From assembly GCF_006345805.1 (NCBI RefSeq), contig NC_043000.1:135284001-135348000 (forward strand): a stretch of 64,000 nucleotides of DNA, given 5' to 3'. The notes beneath the pieces were generated by a model, which saw nothing but the letters and a program-made list of their open reading frames with translations, made no database searches and had not been told where the DNA came from. The position numbers were made by a program, and so were the translations under genes. Within the stretch, counting starts at the first letter, position 1. Each line of letters starts with the position of its first letter. Source of the DNA: Octopus sinensis. Lineage: Eukaryota. Of this stretch, positions 25,915-40,260 are shown piece by piece.

Positions 25915-26465
25915 CTGGTTTCAAATTTTTACACAAGGTCAGCAATTTCGGTGGAAGGGATTACATCAACCCAATGTTCAACTGGTATTTATTGTATCGA
26001 CTCCGAAAGGATGAAAGACAAAGTCGACCCTGGCAGAATTTAAACTCAGAACGTAAATACGAAATACCTATTTCTTTATTACCCACAAGGGGCTAAACAC
26101 AGAGGGGACAAACAAGGACAGACATAGGTATTAAGTCGATTACATCGACCCCAGTGCGTAACTGTTACTTAATATATCGACCCCGAAAGGATGAAAGGCA
26201 AAGTCGACCTCGGCAGAATTTGAACTCAGAACGTAAATACGAAATACCTATTTCTTTATTACCCACAAGGGGCTAGACACAGAGGGAACAAACAAGGACA
26301 GACCTAGGTATTAAGTCAATTACATCGACCCCAGTTTGTAACTGGTACTTAATTTATCGACCCCGAAAGGATGAAAGGCAAAGTCGACCTCGGCGGAATT
26401 TGAACTCAGAACGTAAATACGAAATACCGCTAAGCATTTCACCTGGCATGCTAATGATTCTGCCT
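25915..26465 (-). mobile_element. Tandem array of SINE family A units (period 180 bp)
   Basis: gaaatacctatttctttattacccacaagggg at 26061 and 26241; single head at ~26421-26465. Confidence 0.85.
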
Positions 26466-26939
26466 TCACGCGCGCGTCAATATTAACAAAGAAAAAAAAA
26501 TAGTATTCAATATATGGTGCAGAACTTATTTTATTGGGAAACAATTTTGAGTCACTTCAAAAATTTCTTTCTCTGAGCCAAGAGTTTTACGCGTCTGAAA
26601 GCTAATAAAAAGAAACCTCCTCCGATGGCGAGCGTTGCAAAGTAACTTTGATTCGGTTGAAGGATATATTTATTCGGCTTTTTACATCTTGACAGACGAT
26701 CTAGGTAGCAGAGACTGTATTAAGTACTCATATTCTTCTTCCTGCAGCTTCTCTTATGGCTGATTCTTCCTATGTTTGATGAGCAGGTTCTACTGCAAAA
26801 TCTACAAGCAAGGGAGGTTTTACAAGGCTGCAGTGTGTTGTCTTTCTTTATTTGGTGTTTTGCTTCGAGGGTCAGGATGTTTTCTTCCTTTGCTCACTGA
26901 GGTTTCCAGTGTTGTTCTATTCTCAGCTAACTTACCCCA

Positions 26940-27100
26940 AGTCTTTACATCGATGTGGTCATGCTTCTCTTGCATGTGTCCTTAAATCTCAGCTTTGGTC
27001 GTCCTGTGGATTTGTTACCCCGAGCCAACTCGCCATATAACAGTGGCTTGAGAATTCTGTTGTCATCCATCCTCTCCACATGTCCAACCCCTCTCACACT
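26940..27100 (-). pseudogene. RTE (BovB-like) LINE ORF C-terminal fragment
   Basis: GHVERMDDNRILKPLLYGELARGNKSTGRPKLRFKDTCKR, typical RTE C-terminus. Confidence 0.8.
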
Positions 27101-27224
27101 CTTCTTGTACAGAATAGCTGTCATGCTTGTAAGTGCTATCTGCAACATTATTTTTTTTTATACAAAGCCTTCATAAAATTTAGAAGTTTGGAGTGTCTTT
27201 ACCGACGAAAGTACATGTGGATAG

Positions 27225-27613
27225 TGGAGGCGCAATGGCCCAGTGGTTAGGGCAGCGGACTCGCGGTTGTAGGATCACGGTTTCGATTCCCAGACCGGGC
27301 GTTGTGAGTGTTTATTGAGCGAAAACACCTAAAAGCTCCACGAGGCTCCGGCAGGGGATGGTGGTGATCCCTGTTGTACTCTTTCACCATAACTTTCTCT
27401 CACTCTTACTTCCTGTTTCTGTTGTACCTGTATTTCAAATAGCCGGCCTTGTCACTCTCTGTGTCACGCTGAATATCCCCGAGAACTACGTTAAGGGTAC
27501 ACGTGTCTGTGGAGTGCTCAGCCACTTACACGTTAATTTCACGAGCAGGCTGTTCCGTTGATTCGGATCAACCGGAACCCTCATCGTCGTAACCGACGGA
27601 GTGCTTCCCACAG
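27225..27613 (+). mobile_element. SINE family C, tail type 2, full length
   Basis: tRNA-like head with A-box tggcccagtggttagg and B-box-like ggtttcgattccc; TSD gtggatag 27217-27224 / 27614-27621; tail fragment recurs at ~61270-61395 (-). Confidence 0.9.
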
Positions 27614-27974
27614 GTGGATAGGGAGCTTTCAGATCATTGGCCCCTCAGTTTTTATACGATTTGAACAGGGATGCAGAGTGTTCGTCATATACCTCGATCT
27701 AGTTTAATTCAAATCCTTGTAGTAACGATTGTTGAAAATTTTTGATGTAAATCCTGTGTCGCATAGGTGTGTTATGGGTATTTACTAGAAAACTGCTTTG
27801 GAGGGACAGAATGCATACATACACACACACATACACATACATAAATACATACATACATACAACATACATACATACATACACACATACATACATACACATA
27901 CACATACTACATACATATACACATATATATGTATAAATTGTGTATGTATATATATCTATATATGAATATCGATA

Positions 27975-28022
<48 letters not shown>

Positions 28023-28023
28023 T

Positions 28024-28056
<33 letters not shown>

Positions 28057-28522
28057 GTGTATGTATAAGAGGATGTGTTGTGGATTTCCACTTCGGCATC
28101 TGAAACTCAGAGTTTTATCTTGACTACCGAGTAATGTAACATGTTATTGTATAGATAAATTTCCTCTATTTACATAATATTGAGGTCTCTTTCTTTCTTT
28201 TGTTATCTTACCGTTTTATCAATATATATATATATATATACATACATACATACATACATACATACATACATACATACACACATATACACACATATACACA
28301 CATACTACATACATACATACATACGTATATATATATATACACACACATACATATATAAACATATTTGTGCGTGTATATAGCTGTACATATATACCTATTA
28401 AATGAAGGACTATTTATCTCTCTATGTGTATGTATATGCATGTATGTATGTATGGAAGGCTGAGTGGGTGGGTGTATGTATGTAGGCGTGTGCGCGTATG
28501 TGTAAGCGTATGTGTATGCGTT

Positions 28523-28556
<34 letters not shown>

Positions 28557-28564
28557 ATACATAC

Positions 28565-28608
<44 letters not shown>

Positions 28609-30213
28609 GATTGTTTACATATAGAGTGATGCATGCACACACAAGCACACACGCGCACACACACATATAACCCAATATATATATATACACACGCATACTA
28701 ACATATTCATATATTCATACATATGCATGCACAAACACAAACACACACACACACACATATATGTATAATAAGACACATCGACCCATGCGTACAGACGGTT
28801 TCATTTTCAAAATATACGACTCATGCAAAGAAATCTTCAAGAGCTATTTCAAAGTGAGGATTTCTGTTTTCATTGCTTCGACATATGGCAGGCAGGATGA
28901 GTCCCCGTTGCTAGTTGAATGAGAGTTTTAAACCTTCCACATAAACGCATTACTGAAAATGGGCATTTGACTTCATTAGTGTGATAAATAGAATATGATT
29001 AGTTAATCTGTGTTTTAATAGAGCATCGAGCTCAGCGGTAAAAGACTAGCTTTGCTAGCTGAACCTTTTTTTTTTTTTGTTACTCTTTACTCTTTCACTT
29101 GTTTCAGAAATTTGACTGCGGCCATACTGGAACACCGCCTTTAGTCGAGCAAATTGACCTCCAGGACTTATTCTTTGTAAGCCTGGTACTTATTCTATCG
29201 GTCTCTTTTGCTGAACTGTTAAGTTACGGGGACGTAAACACACCAGCATCGGTTGTCAAGCGATGTTGGGTGGACAAACACAGACACACAAATATATACA
29301 TACACATACATATATACATATACATATATACGACGGGCTTCTTTCAGCTTCCGTCTAACAAATCTATTCACAAGGCTTTGGTTGAACCGAGGCTATAGTA
29401 GAAGACACTTGCTCAAGGTGCCACTTCTGAAGAATCCTGTAAACGTTTAAACAAAACCGTTAATATTAGTATAAAAATATCAGAATTACTTGAAAGTAAA
29501 TGCCTCTCCTTATCCAATGTAGCCTAAATTATCGAAGCTTGTATGTAAGCAATTAAGGATAAATATTATTTTCTATTACTATTTATATTATTTACTTTGT
29601 TAGCAGGCCTTGTGCCTAGAGTGGAGAGAATTATTATTTATTTAGTAGATTTTTTTTTCTTTTAGCGTTAACGAGAGCAAGTCGGTGCCTTTTGCTGGTT
29701 GCAGTGTTTTATTTTCGTTTTAGTATTTCTTTTTCTGTTAAAAGTGTTTTACCTAATATATGTGCAGTACCTGATTGTGCGGTTTCCTGTAAGTTGCATA
29801 TATATGTAAGTCCTGTAGCTTTGGTTATATAGTTACTCTTTTACTCTTTTAGTTGTTTCAGTCATTTGACTGCGGCCATGCTGGAGCACCGCCTTTAATC
29901 GAGCAAATCGACCCTGGGACTTATTCTTTTGTAAGCCCAGTACTTATTCTATCGGTCTTTTTTGCCGAACCGCTAAGTAACGGGGACATAAACACACCAG
30001 CATCGGTTGTCAAGCAATGCTAGGAGGACAAACACAGACACACAAACATACACACATACATATATATATATACATATATACGACAGGCTTCTTTCAGTTT
30101 CCATCTACCAAATTCACTCACAAGGCATTAGTCGGCCCGGGGCTATAGCAGAAGACACTTGCCCAAGATTCCACGCAGTGGGACTGAACCCGGAACCATG
30201 TGGTTGGTTAGCA

Positions 30214-30315
30214 AGCTACTTACCACACAGCCACTCCTGCGCCTATAGCTACTTACCACACAGCCACTCCTGCGCCTATAGCTACTTACCACACAGCCAC
30301 TCCTGCGCCTATAGC
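30214..30315. repeat. 33-bp tandem triplication of a SINE B 5' end
   Basis: agctacttaccacacagccactcctgcgcctat at 30214, 30247, 30280. Confidence 0.9.
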
Positions 30316-31294
30316 CACTCTCTGAATATTTTTAATTACTCTCGAGGTACCTATTATTAAGTGCTTTGGGGATAGTTTCTCTATTTTGAGGCTTTATATA
30401 AGGTATCTTTTAGGGATACATTATAGTCTTCTGGGACTAACACTTCGATTTGGAGGTACATCATTTCCTGATTGTGCTTGACTACAATATACGGCAATTT
30501 TGTCTCAATGTTCCCATGCCTGTAGATTAGCATACTCCTAGAGTACTGTCATTTAATCATTTTCTGAGAAGCTATCCCAGATGGTCCGAAATGTAAAATT
30601 TATTAAATCATCCATAACTTTTGTATTAACCTCTCAAATTACACCAAAATCTCAGACAATAACAATTAATATTGTATTTATTGTCTGTGAAAATTATAGA
30701 AACTAAAACAACTTTGATAAAAACTTATACCTAATTTTCTGACAAAAACAATGCCGTTCTGAACATTTTGGCCGCAACTGTAGGAGTGATTTTCAAATTG
30801 AGCTGCTTAGGAAAATATCAGGTAGAAAAATCTGTTAAAAGTTTACGTTCACTCGGACAAAACAAGTAATCAGTACCACATGGCTATAAATTATATATGG
30901 CCGAGTCATTTTAAAGAGTTATAGAAACACCATCGAAGAAGAGAATTTAGAAACATTAATAGTTGTATATATGATATATTTATTAGAGTAAATGTTGCGG
31001 ATAGGACTGAACAGTTTCAACCCAAGTGTCACAGGTTTAGCTTAAAAGACCACAAGCCAACCATCTATGATTATTTCACAATCAGGCTAAGGTACTGAGC
31101 TATTAGAGTGAGTAAAAAAATATGGGATTGAACATTAGCGCATAGTAGAGAAATATCATGACATAACTCTCGTTCTTTTATCACTTCTATACACACACAC
31201 ACACACACTGATGATGATGATCGGTTACGTGACATTATGAGTAAAATCTTATGTTTTTTTTCACTTCAATACAGTGCTACATGTATATATATTA

Positions 31295-31340
<46 letters not shown>

Positions 31341-31767
31341 ATATATATACTAAAACATATGCATACATAACATACATATGTACATACCTACATCTATATG
31401 TATATAATACATGCATATATATATATAATATATAATATATATATATATATATGTGTGTGTGTTACTGAACACCACAAATAAACTAGAACACAACGAGAAA
31501 CGAAAACATTAAAACAAACAAGGAAACGGACTTTTTTAAACAACAAAAAACAGAGTATAAGGCAAACAATACAAGGAATATTCCCCTTCATCAGGCTGCC
31601 CCTGGTTTCGACTTAATGCGTGTTTCGAAGGTAAGGGCAGAACACACGATCCGATCGAAGCAATCCTTCCTGCCAAAATGAAGATGTAGGTATGTTACAT
31701 ATATGTATGTATGCATATGTTTTTATTTGTTAAATTGTTATTATATGATTGAACGCCCCCCGTTCAC

Positions 31768-31867
31768 NNNNNNNNNNNNNNNNNNNNNNNNNNNNNNNNN
31801 NNNNNNNNNNNNNNNNNNNNNNNNNNNNNNNNNNNNNNNNNNNNNNNNNNNNNNNNNNNNNNNNNNN
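31768..31867. other. Assembly gap (100 N)
   Basis: Run of n; true size and contiguity unknown. Confidence 1.
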
Positions 31868-33104
31868 TACCGTGACATTTTTCCTGTGACTTTTTTAAAC
31901 CTATGACGGATTTTTTAATTAATTCAAATTAATGTACCTCATCTTGAAAAGTGGCAAAATTTTTGTCGGTTGCCATCTGGGATAATTGTAACAAATCAAA
32001 CAGGTAAGATGCATTAAGAATTTCAATTTTAGTGTTTATCCACAATGTTATTGCTTTTACACCTGTTAATTAAATTCACCTACCCATAAAAGTCAAATTT
32101 ACTCAGTAAGATCCGCTAAAATTACATAATAAACCAGTGGTATATAAAGCACCCTCTGACAAATTTCAAATTTGTATGTAAAAAATTTACAGTTACAAGC
32201 AAATATTGTGGACACCTCTCTTGAACCTGAATAATTCAAAATAACCAGAATAAGCATTACATTTGACAGATTAATAGGAACACTAAAGATGTTTTTAGGT
32301 GTTTTTTTGACTTTTTTTTTTTTTACCTGTGACGTTTTTTAACCTGGATTCACACGTGTGTTACTTTGACATCATCATTCCATACAATTTGTTTATGGGG
32401 AGAAAAATATTGAAAAATATCAATAGATGTGTGAGTGAGAAAGAAACGAGGAGGGAGGTTTTGGAATGTACTAGAAACAACAGCCAGATCTCCCTTAAAT
32501 CATACATTTTTCTCTGTAATTATTGACAATTTCTTTTTTAAACCGAAAATGTTTCTCTCACGGGTTTTAAGTGTGTAGTGGAAAAACAAAAATGGCCAAA
32601 ATCGTTTCGGACTGGGGTGGTGAGGGGGTAGCGGGAGTGAAAATTTTTTTTTTTCAATTTTAATCTTTTTTCCGTGAAAAGATGCCCTCCCATCATTCTG
32701 AAGACTTCGGTGAAAAACACTGGAAAAAATCCCGTCAAAACGGAGAAATTCCGACTTATGTGGGCCGTCTGACCCGAAACTCAGTTTTCCAGTTTTCCAC
32801 TCCCTCCAAAACTTTTGCCTACAAATTTCTTTGTAATCGTAATTTACACCGCTTGAAAGGTATTTGTATGAAATTTCATTAAAAAATACCTATTTTCCAG
32901 CAAGTTATGAGGGGGAAAATGTTGAGTCCTGTGAATTTCCCGAAACTCTTCTCCACATCCCTTCAGAAAATTTTTTCCAACAAATCTTTACATACATTCA
33001 ACCTACAAGATATAAGCGATTATTTGGTGAAAGTTTCGTTAAAAAGTATCCATATTTCTGGAAGTTAGGAGGCAACAAAGTCGGTAGGGGTATTAAACTG
33101 TAGT

Positions 33105-33254
33105 TATGTATTTTCCAATAAAAGTTAACGTTAACAGATTAACGTTAATTTCAGTTACATTTTCAAAGAATTAACGGATTAACGAAGTTAACTCTTTGGT
33201 TAACGGATAAATGACTAATGAAGTTAACTTTTCGATTAACGGCGTTCTCTTCTA
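33105..33254 (-). mobile_element. Probable DNA-transposon (hAT-like) end with subterminal gttaac/ttaacg repeats
   Basis: Dense cluster of ttaac(g) motifs in both orientations ending ggcgttctcttcta. Confidence 0.4.
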
Positions 33255-33273
33255 TATATATGTATATATATAT

Positions 33274-33477
33274 TCAAAATGTGACCTCGTGTGTACTGTT
33301 GGCGATTTTTTTCCCTCTGTCTTCCCTTCTCTGGATCTTTCCTTCTCCTATGTTTCCGACGAAGAGCTCCGCTCGAAACGTTAAACCCTCCTTCTTTCCT
33401 TCTTTCCTGAGCGTCCAATAATACTATATTTGTCCTCGCGTTGTTGTGCTTTTTTGTGCTTTCTTGTTTGGATTAAC
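33274..33477 (+). mobile_element. (TA)n-embedded mini-element with hammerhead-like motif at 33352-33386
   Basis: gttt-CCGACGA-a-gagc-tcc-gctc-GAAAC-GTT-aaac; downstream ttcctgagcgt resembles the 5917/45355/54901 family. Confidence 0.65.
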
Positions 33478-34355
33478 TATATATATATACATATATATAT
33501 ACTCACACACCAGAGTAAACACATAAATGTGAAACAAGGTGAGAAAAAATAGTACTCGAATACCGGAGGTAGAGTAATATGCTTTATTATTAAAGCTGCA
33601 AAACATCACAAAAATATCACAAAAAAACTGTTACTTTTACGTTCCTGTTCATCAGACAGTTTTAATTGAGAATGGTACAAAAATTATGGTTATATATATG
33701 AATATACAATTGACATTGACAGATACATATTTGAAATTGGTTTCGTTTCATTGGTCCTTTCAACTAACGATTTTTGTTTAGAGTGGCTGTGTGGTAAGTA
33801 GCTTGCTAACCAGCCACATGGTTCCGGGTTCAGTCCCACTGCGTGGCACCTTGGGCAAGTGTCTTCTGCTATAGCCCCGTATACGCACATTTGCTTATAC
33901 ATATACACACTAAAAGCATATACATACATATGTACACTAAACATACAAACGTTGATACATGCATTACATACATATATATACAAACATATACAGGCAAAAT
34001 ATAAATGTGAATATATATATATACTAATGTATATATAGATATCTACACACACACACAAATATATCTCTCTATCTATCTATCTATCTATCTATCTTCTTTT
34101 TTCATTTCTCTTCTCTTGTTCCTTTTCCTTTTCCTTTTTTTTCTTTATTCCTTTTATTTTTTATTTTATTTATTTATTTATTTATTTATTTATTTTTTTG
34201 TTCTTTTCTTCCCTTTTACGATCCCTCTTGATCGAAAACCTACGCCACCCCCCCTTTTTTTTGTTTTCTTCATCCCCCAAAAGAAAAGCTCTACCTTGTA
34301 ACTTGTCCCATCTGTGTGCAGCCCTGTGTGGCCAATAAAGAAACTTATCTATCTA

Positions 34356-34429
<74 letters not shown>

Positions 34430-34558
34430 GATATATAGATATACATACAACATACGTCTCCTTATGTATGTTCTAAATGTACAACTTTGTTGTTATTAGT
34501 TATAAAAAGAATCAGAATAAGAAGTGTGGGAGGAAGGAAAAGAAGTGATAGGAGGAAA

Positions 34559-34589
<31 letters not shown>

Positions 34590-34832
34590 GGGGTGAGAGA
34601 GGGAGAGAGAGAAATAGAAAAAGAAAAATAGAAAGAGAGAAAATGATTTGAAAATAGTGTTCCTAAAGTATCTAACTTAAAGAAAAGATACATTAAAACT
34701 CTTATGTATAATAGTTTAGCCTGTAAACGCACACAAATAAATATACACACACATATAAATAGACATAAATACATGCATATACGAAAGTAACACCCATGTA
34801 TACACGCATACAAATATAAAAATAAACATATA

Positions 34833-34880
<48 letters not shown>

Positions 34881-35009
34881 CATATAAACATAAATATACA
34901 CCATAACGTATACACGTATGCGAATACATTTATAACTATTTGGTGTATTGAATATCAAAATAAAAATAGTGCAAGAAATTAATGTAATTTAAGTTAGTGT
35001 AATAATAAG

Positions 35010-35265
35010 ATAATAAATGCGCCCTTTTAAAGCCTAGCCAGGCTCATGGGCTTGGTTTCCCGGTTTCTATGGCATATGTGTTCCCCAGCTGGACGGGACG
35101 CCAGTCCATCGTAGCGTTATTCATTTTTGCCAGCTGAGTGGACTGGAGGAACGTGAAAGGAAGTGTTTTGCTCAAGAACACAGCGCATCGCCCGGTCCAG
35201 GAATCGAAACTACAATCTTACGATCATGGTGCTGACACCTTAACCACTAAACCACACGCCTCAAC
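35010..35265 (-). mobile_element. SINE family D (tRNA head, gtgttcttgagcaaaacac body, (TTA) tail)
   Basis: Minus strand gaggcgtgtggtttagtggttaagg (A box) ... gtttcgattcc (B box). Confidence 0.75.
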
Positions 35266-35529
35266 ATAATTTAGTGTAATATAAATTTGAAAATATAAAT
35301 TTAAAATGAGTAAAATTTTGACCTTACTGAAATTTAACAACTGGCGAAAAATCGCCAAATATTTTGCCCAGCTTGCTAAAGCTCTGCCAGCACCATCGCC
35401 TTACCAGCAATGACAATGATCATGATAAATAAATGCAATGAAAGTAATTAAGTAAATGATAAAAAAATCATAAAAATTATAATAAAGATAAAATAAAACA
35501 AATCTATTCTGGTATTCGCTATCTTTAAA

Positions 35530-36420
35530 ACACATTAAACTTTAAAACGCAAATTGCATCTCATTGGGCGTTTATATGTTCCATGTTTATATGGCGCTGC
35601 TTTCTCGAAGATTGTCCTGCTGATTTTGAAAGGATGGGTATCATTTTCTTTCAGTTGCCAGATATGTTTAACGAGACTTGTTGCTGTCCTATTTTCGGGG
35701 TTTCGAAATAAATTTCAGTGGAAATATAATCTAGTCTTAAAGGAGCTTTCCGAAGCTCCTCTATATATTTTGTATTCTTGTGAGCCATCTATATGTACCT
35801 TAGCTTTACAGACTATTTCTTTCTCAAGACAATTTCCTCCTAACGGACAACAACTTTGATCTTTACAGTTACAACTGTTCTGGTTATTTCTGGCACTGTG
35901 GTTACTCTAATGGTCTTCGTGCTGTGCTGGTTAATCAAAGAGGCGAAGCTCTTGCAACAAGAATAGCTAACCTTCAACCTTCTCCCATTAAAAATTCTAT
36001 AGAACTTATAGTTTCCTTGAAAATGTTTGGAAACTAGTTTCAAGAATTCTCTACCTATATTAGTTTTGACGGCAATGTTAAATGTTGGATTAAACCAAAA
36101 ACTAGTTCTACGTGTTCTATTATTGTTAGTAGTGGTTTTACTATACTGGATCTTCTACGAGAATCCACTGTTCCTTAATGCACTATAATACGGAGCAGCA
36201 TTTTGAAGATATGGATGATATGCGCCTTCCTATATTACAAATTAGATGCTTAAGTATTGCAGGTGGATGATTTGACCCTTTGTTAATATGATATAGCTTT
36301 ATTTATCAACATTATTTAGGTTAGTTTCTATCGTTATCCGTAAGCCCATTCTTTGGAAGAAGGCAATAAGACTTTTCCTAAGTCTATCTGACACATGGCC
36401 ACTCATCACTCCTAAAACCA
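35530..36420 (-). pseudogene. Decayed Penelope-like element: RT C-terminus, linker and GIY-YIG
   Basis: DRLRKSLIAFFQRMGLRITIETNL; WFNPTFNIAVKTNIGREFLKLVSKHF...IFNGRRLKVSYSC; IYRGASESSFKTRLYFH. Confidence 0.8.
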
Positions 36421-36659
36421 TTGAAGTTTCTGGAAACTTAGTGTACGTCACTATGGTGACATCAGAACCACCTGTCATTTCTCTTGTTAGACTTTTGGTC
36501 TCGTTCGAAATATTTTTCACGAGAGAAGAATCAAAGTATGATACGTTCGTGAGGGATTTTAGCTTTGTTAAGTAACCGCTTGGCACAGAGTAGATGGTTT
36601 TTCTATATCTTTGCGATCATGGATCGGCTTGTCCTCAGTACATACACTTTACATCGAAT

Positions 36660-36970
36660 GTCGTCGTGCACCGTAGTTCTAATAGTCTACTTTCTACACC
36701 AGAAGTTCTTCGGCAATGATTTTCATTGATTCCCTGAGACCGTCATCGATAATGTTCTGAAGCCTTTGAATGAATTGGAGTGTCCTTATTGTGTCCGAAT
36801 GTTTAGAATATTTTCTCGTTGATTCAGTTGAAACATACGCATAAGAGGTTTTCAGTTCCATGCGAACTTTGTGTACAAGACATTTTGCATCACTTAGAAA
36901 CTTGGTAATTTCTAAATTGCTATTTTCCCCACATAAAACTGCACAACTTTGCATTTCTTCTGTTAACATT
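36660..36970 (-). pseudogene. Tc1/mariner-superfamily transposase N-terminal fragment
   Basis: SNLEITKFL...VHKVRMEL...SDTIRTLQFIQRLQNIIDD...SMKIIAEEL, bipartite HTH pattern. Confidence 0.55.
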
Positions 36971-37239
36971 TTATCTAAAAAAAAAAAAAAAATGAAACAA
37001 AAACAGGTGATACTTTTAATTGGTTTGAAGAGAGAAATATACTAATTTTTAAGCGTCCTCAAATACTTCATTATATATACGAACACAAAGAAATATATGG
37101 ATAACTCTATGTATGTATGTATGTATGTATGTATGTATGTATGTATGTATGTATGTATGTATGTATGTATGTATGTATGTATGTATGTATGTATGTATGT
37201 ATGTATATACGTACGTATGTATGTATGTATGTATGCATG

Positions 37240-37302
<63 letters not shown>

Positions 37303-37908
37303 GCATATTACACACTATTGTGAGCCAAAACTACCCTGGCTGAACATATTCTGAATGGAATTTCAAATTTTACAGTGTTTCTTGATTTCTAATTACTGTA
37401 ACAGTGGAAGACTTCATATATAACCATCTGTGCCATTTCTTTTTAATGTTCTGACACAATAAAGCGTGAAGATGCTTCGCCGAACATCTGAAAAAATTGC
37501 TAACTCGTCTCGCATTAACAGCTATTGAGCCGCCATTAAGAAAAAAGAAATACGGAAATGCATAGAATCTAACGGTAGCTTGCTTGACTGGAAGTGAGTT
37601 TTGCGTAGTCTTTGATAGGCAGACAGTCAAACATTAAGTCAGTGAGAAGTTAGACCTTTCCAGATGTTGACGTCAACAAAATATAAATGTGTTGTATATA
37701 AGGGTAGGGTAGAGGATGGTGGTGGTCCGAATGGAAGCAAAAATGAAATAAAAATGGGAAGATGAAAAAAAAAAAATAAGACCTCTGTATGTACACATCT
37801 CATTTCACTATACATACATAATACATACATACATACATACATACATACATACATACTTACGCATCTATCTATCTATCTATCTATCTATCTATACATACAT
37901 ACATACAT

Positions 37909-37969
<61 letters not shown>

Positions 37970-38083
37970 TTATATATAGTATGTATAGATAGAAACACAC
38001 AATAGTTTATGTTTGTAGGTGTGAACGTCAATAGTTTAATTCTCTCTCTCCCTCTGTCTACACACACACCACACACACACCAC

Positions 38084-38128
<45 letters not shown>

Positions 38129-38199
38129 CACACACACACACCATACATACATATGCGTGTGTGTGCGCGCGTGTGTATACATGCATAAATACATACATA

Positions 38200-39449
38200 C
38201 AGGAGTTGGACCAAATAATGGAAACACCTAGCATCATAGCATCATAATTTTGAAATATCTATAAAACCGTCAAAAGCTTGTTTATTTTTATGATTTTTGA
38301 TTTATTATTAGTGTTGCTTAATATGTTTTGCTAAAATTGCTGTTTCTTTTCAGATATCATCAGAAAAAGGTAATTAAAATTCATTATAATGACAGAGCTA
38401 TCGGGCTTTCAAAGAGGTCAAATTGTTAGTGCTCGTATGGCAGGCGCTAGCGTAACGAAAACAGCCGAAATGTTTAGTGTATCAAGAAGTACTGTCTCGA
38501 AAATAATGACAGCCTTTGAGAAAGAGGGGAAAAAAACCTCCTCGTCGAAACAAAACTCCGGAAGAAAGCCAAAACTTTCAGATATGGACCGTAGGACTCT
38601 TACGCGAATTGTTAGAAAGGATCACAAAAGTACAGCTCCCAGAATTACTGCAGATATTAATGACCACCTCGGGAATCCAGTTTCCACAAAAACTGTTCGC
38701 TGGGAGCCGCACAAAGCCGGATTTCACGGAAGGGCTGCAATCAGAAAACCACTACTTTCAAAAACAAACGTTGCAAAGCGTTTAGAGTGGAATAAAAAAA
38801 CTACAGAATTGGTCCCTAGAGCAGTGGAAGAATGTTATTTTCTCGAACGAGTAATCCTTTACCTTATTTCCGACTACTGGCTGAGTATACGAATGGAGAC
38901 AGTCAAAAGACGCATTTGACTCAAACTGCTTCCTTCCAACTTTTAAACATGGAGGAGGATCTATGATGATCGGGGGGTGAAGCTATATCTTGGAAATCCG
39001 CCGGCCCAATGGTTTCCTTTTATGGCAGAATTAATAGCCAAGACTATTTAAACATTTTATCTGATCAAATTCATCCTATGGTTGCGGAACTGTTTCCGGA
39101 GGGAAACGCAATCTTCCAGGATGATAATGCACCAATTCACACAGTTAAAGTTGTTACTGAATTTTAGTTAAGTTGAACATCTTATCTGGCCCCAACAGTC
39201 CCCAGATCTCAATATTATTGAACATTTATGGTGAATTTTAGAAAAACAGGTAAGGAGTCGATATCCTCCACCATCATCGCTATAAGAACTTGAAACTGTT
39301 TTAGCTGAAGAATGGAGAAAAATTCCTTTGGAAACAATTCAAACTTTGTGCGAGTCCATACCTCGTAGAATTCAAATATGTAATTACTGCCAAAACCAGT
39401 CCTATTTGTTTGAAATTTTAAGGTGTTTCCTTTATTTTGTTCAATCCTG
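38200..39449 (+). mobile_element. Tc1-like transposon, full length, disrupted transposase
   Basis: TIRs caggagttggaccaaataatggaaacacct / aggtgtttcctttattttgttcaatcctg with TA flanks. ORF 38389 MTELSGFQRGQIV...SGRKPKL...RKPLLS, later IFQDDNAPIH and WPQQSPDLNIIEHLW. Confidence 0.92.
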
Positions 39450-39555
39450 TATACACACACACACACACACCACACACACACACACACACATACACACACA
39501 CACACCACACACAACACACACACTACACAAACACACACACACAAGATATATATAT

Positions 39556-39590
<35 letters not shown>

Positions 39591-39698
39591 TATGTATATA
39601 TATTCACACATACATATATGCATATACATGCATACATACATATACATATATTTACACAAATATATATATTTATATGTACGTACATACATCTATGTATA

Positions 39699-40260
39699 CG
39701 AGGTCTGATCAATAAGTGTCCGGACTGTTGCCAAAGTCACGCAAAGTGAAGCCGCTAGGCAAAGATAGACCTTGAACTCTGCTGTGTATGCGCACTCTGC
39801 TGTGTACTAGCCCACTTCCGCTGTTTACAGCAGTGCTTGGAAGGAAGGTGTATAGCGTGTGATCGTTGCATTGACCAACGTAAAGTTACAGAAAGTGCAT
39901 GAGCCGCACACAAGTGTACGAGTGGTTCAGACGTTTCCAAGGTGGCCGAAAAAATGCCGATCTTGATGAACGTTCAGGGGGACCCGTGACCAGCAGAACT
40001 GAGAGAAACATCGCAGATGTGCATGTAGCTGTGAGTGGAAATCGTCGAATCACCATCCGTGAGTTATCAGATGATGTGCAGATTAGTTACGGTTCAGTTC
40101 AGTCCATTATCACTGAAGATTTGTGTATGAGACGCGTGTCTACCACGTTTGTGTCAAAACTGTTTTTAGCTTATCAAAAAGGCATTCGGTTTCAGTGGCA
40201 CAAACTCTCCTTGATTGTGTCAAGAACGATGAAAAAACTCTCCGAAAACTTAACAAACGT
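39699..40260 (+). mobile_element. Mariner 5' fragment
   Basis: TA|cgaggtctgatcaataag start; MSRTQVYEWFRRFQGGRKNADLDERSGGP...RRITIRELS...ISYGSVQSII. Confidence 0.8.

Noticed and set aside
27225-27300. tRNA gene
   Set aside because: The tRNA-like head continues into a SINE body with TSD; no proper acceptor stem or terminator.
31465-31680. CTGATGA and GAAAC on the minus strand of a TA-adjacent island
   Set aside because: Order and pairing do not give a convincing hammerhead; probably a repeat, but unclassified.
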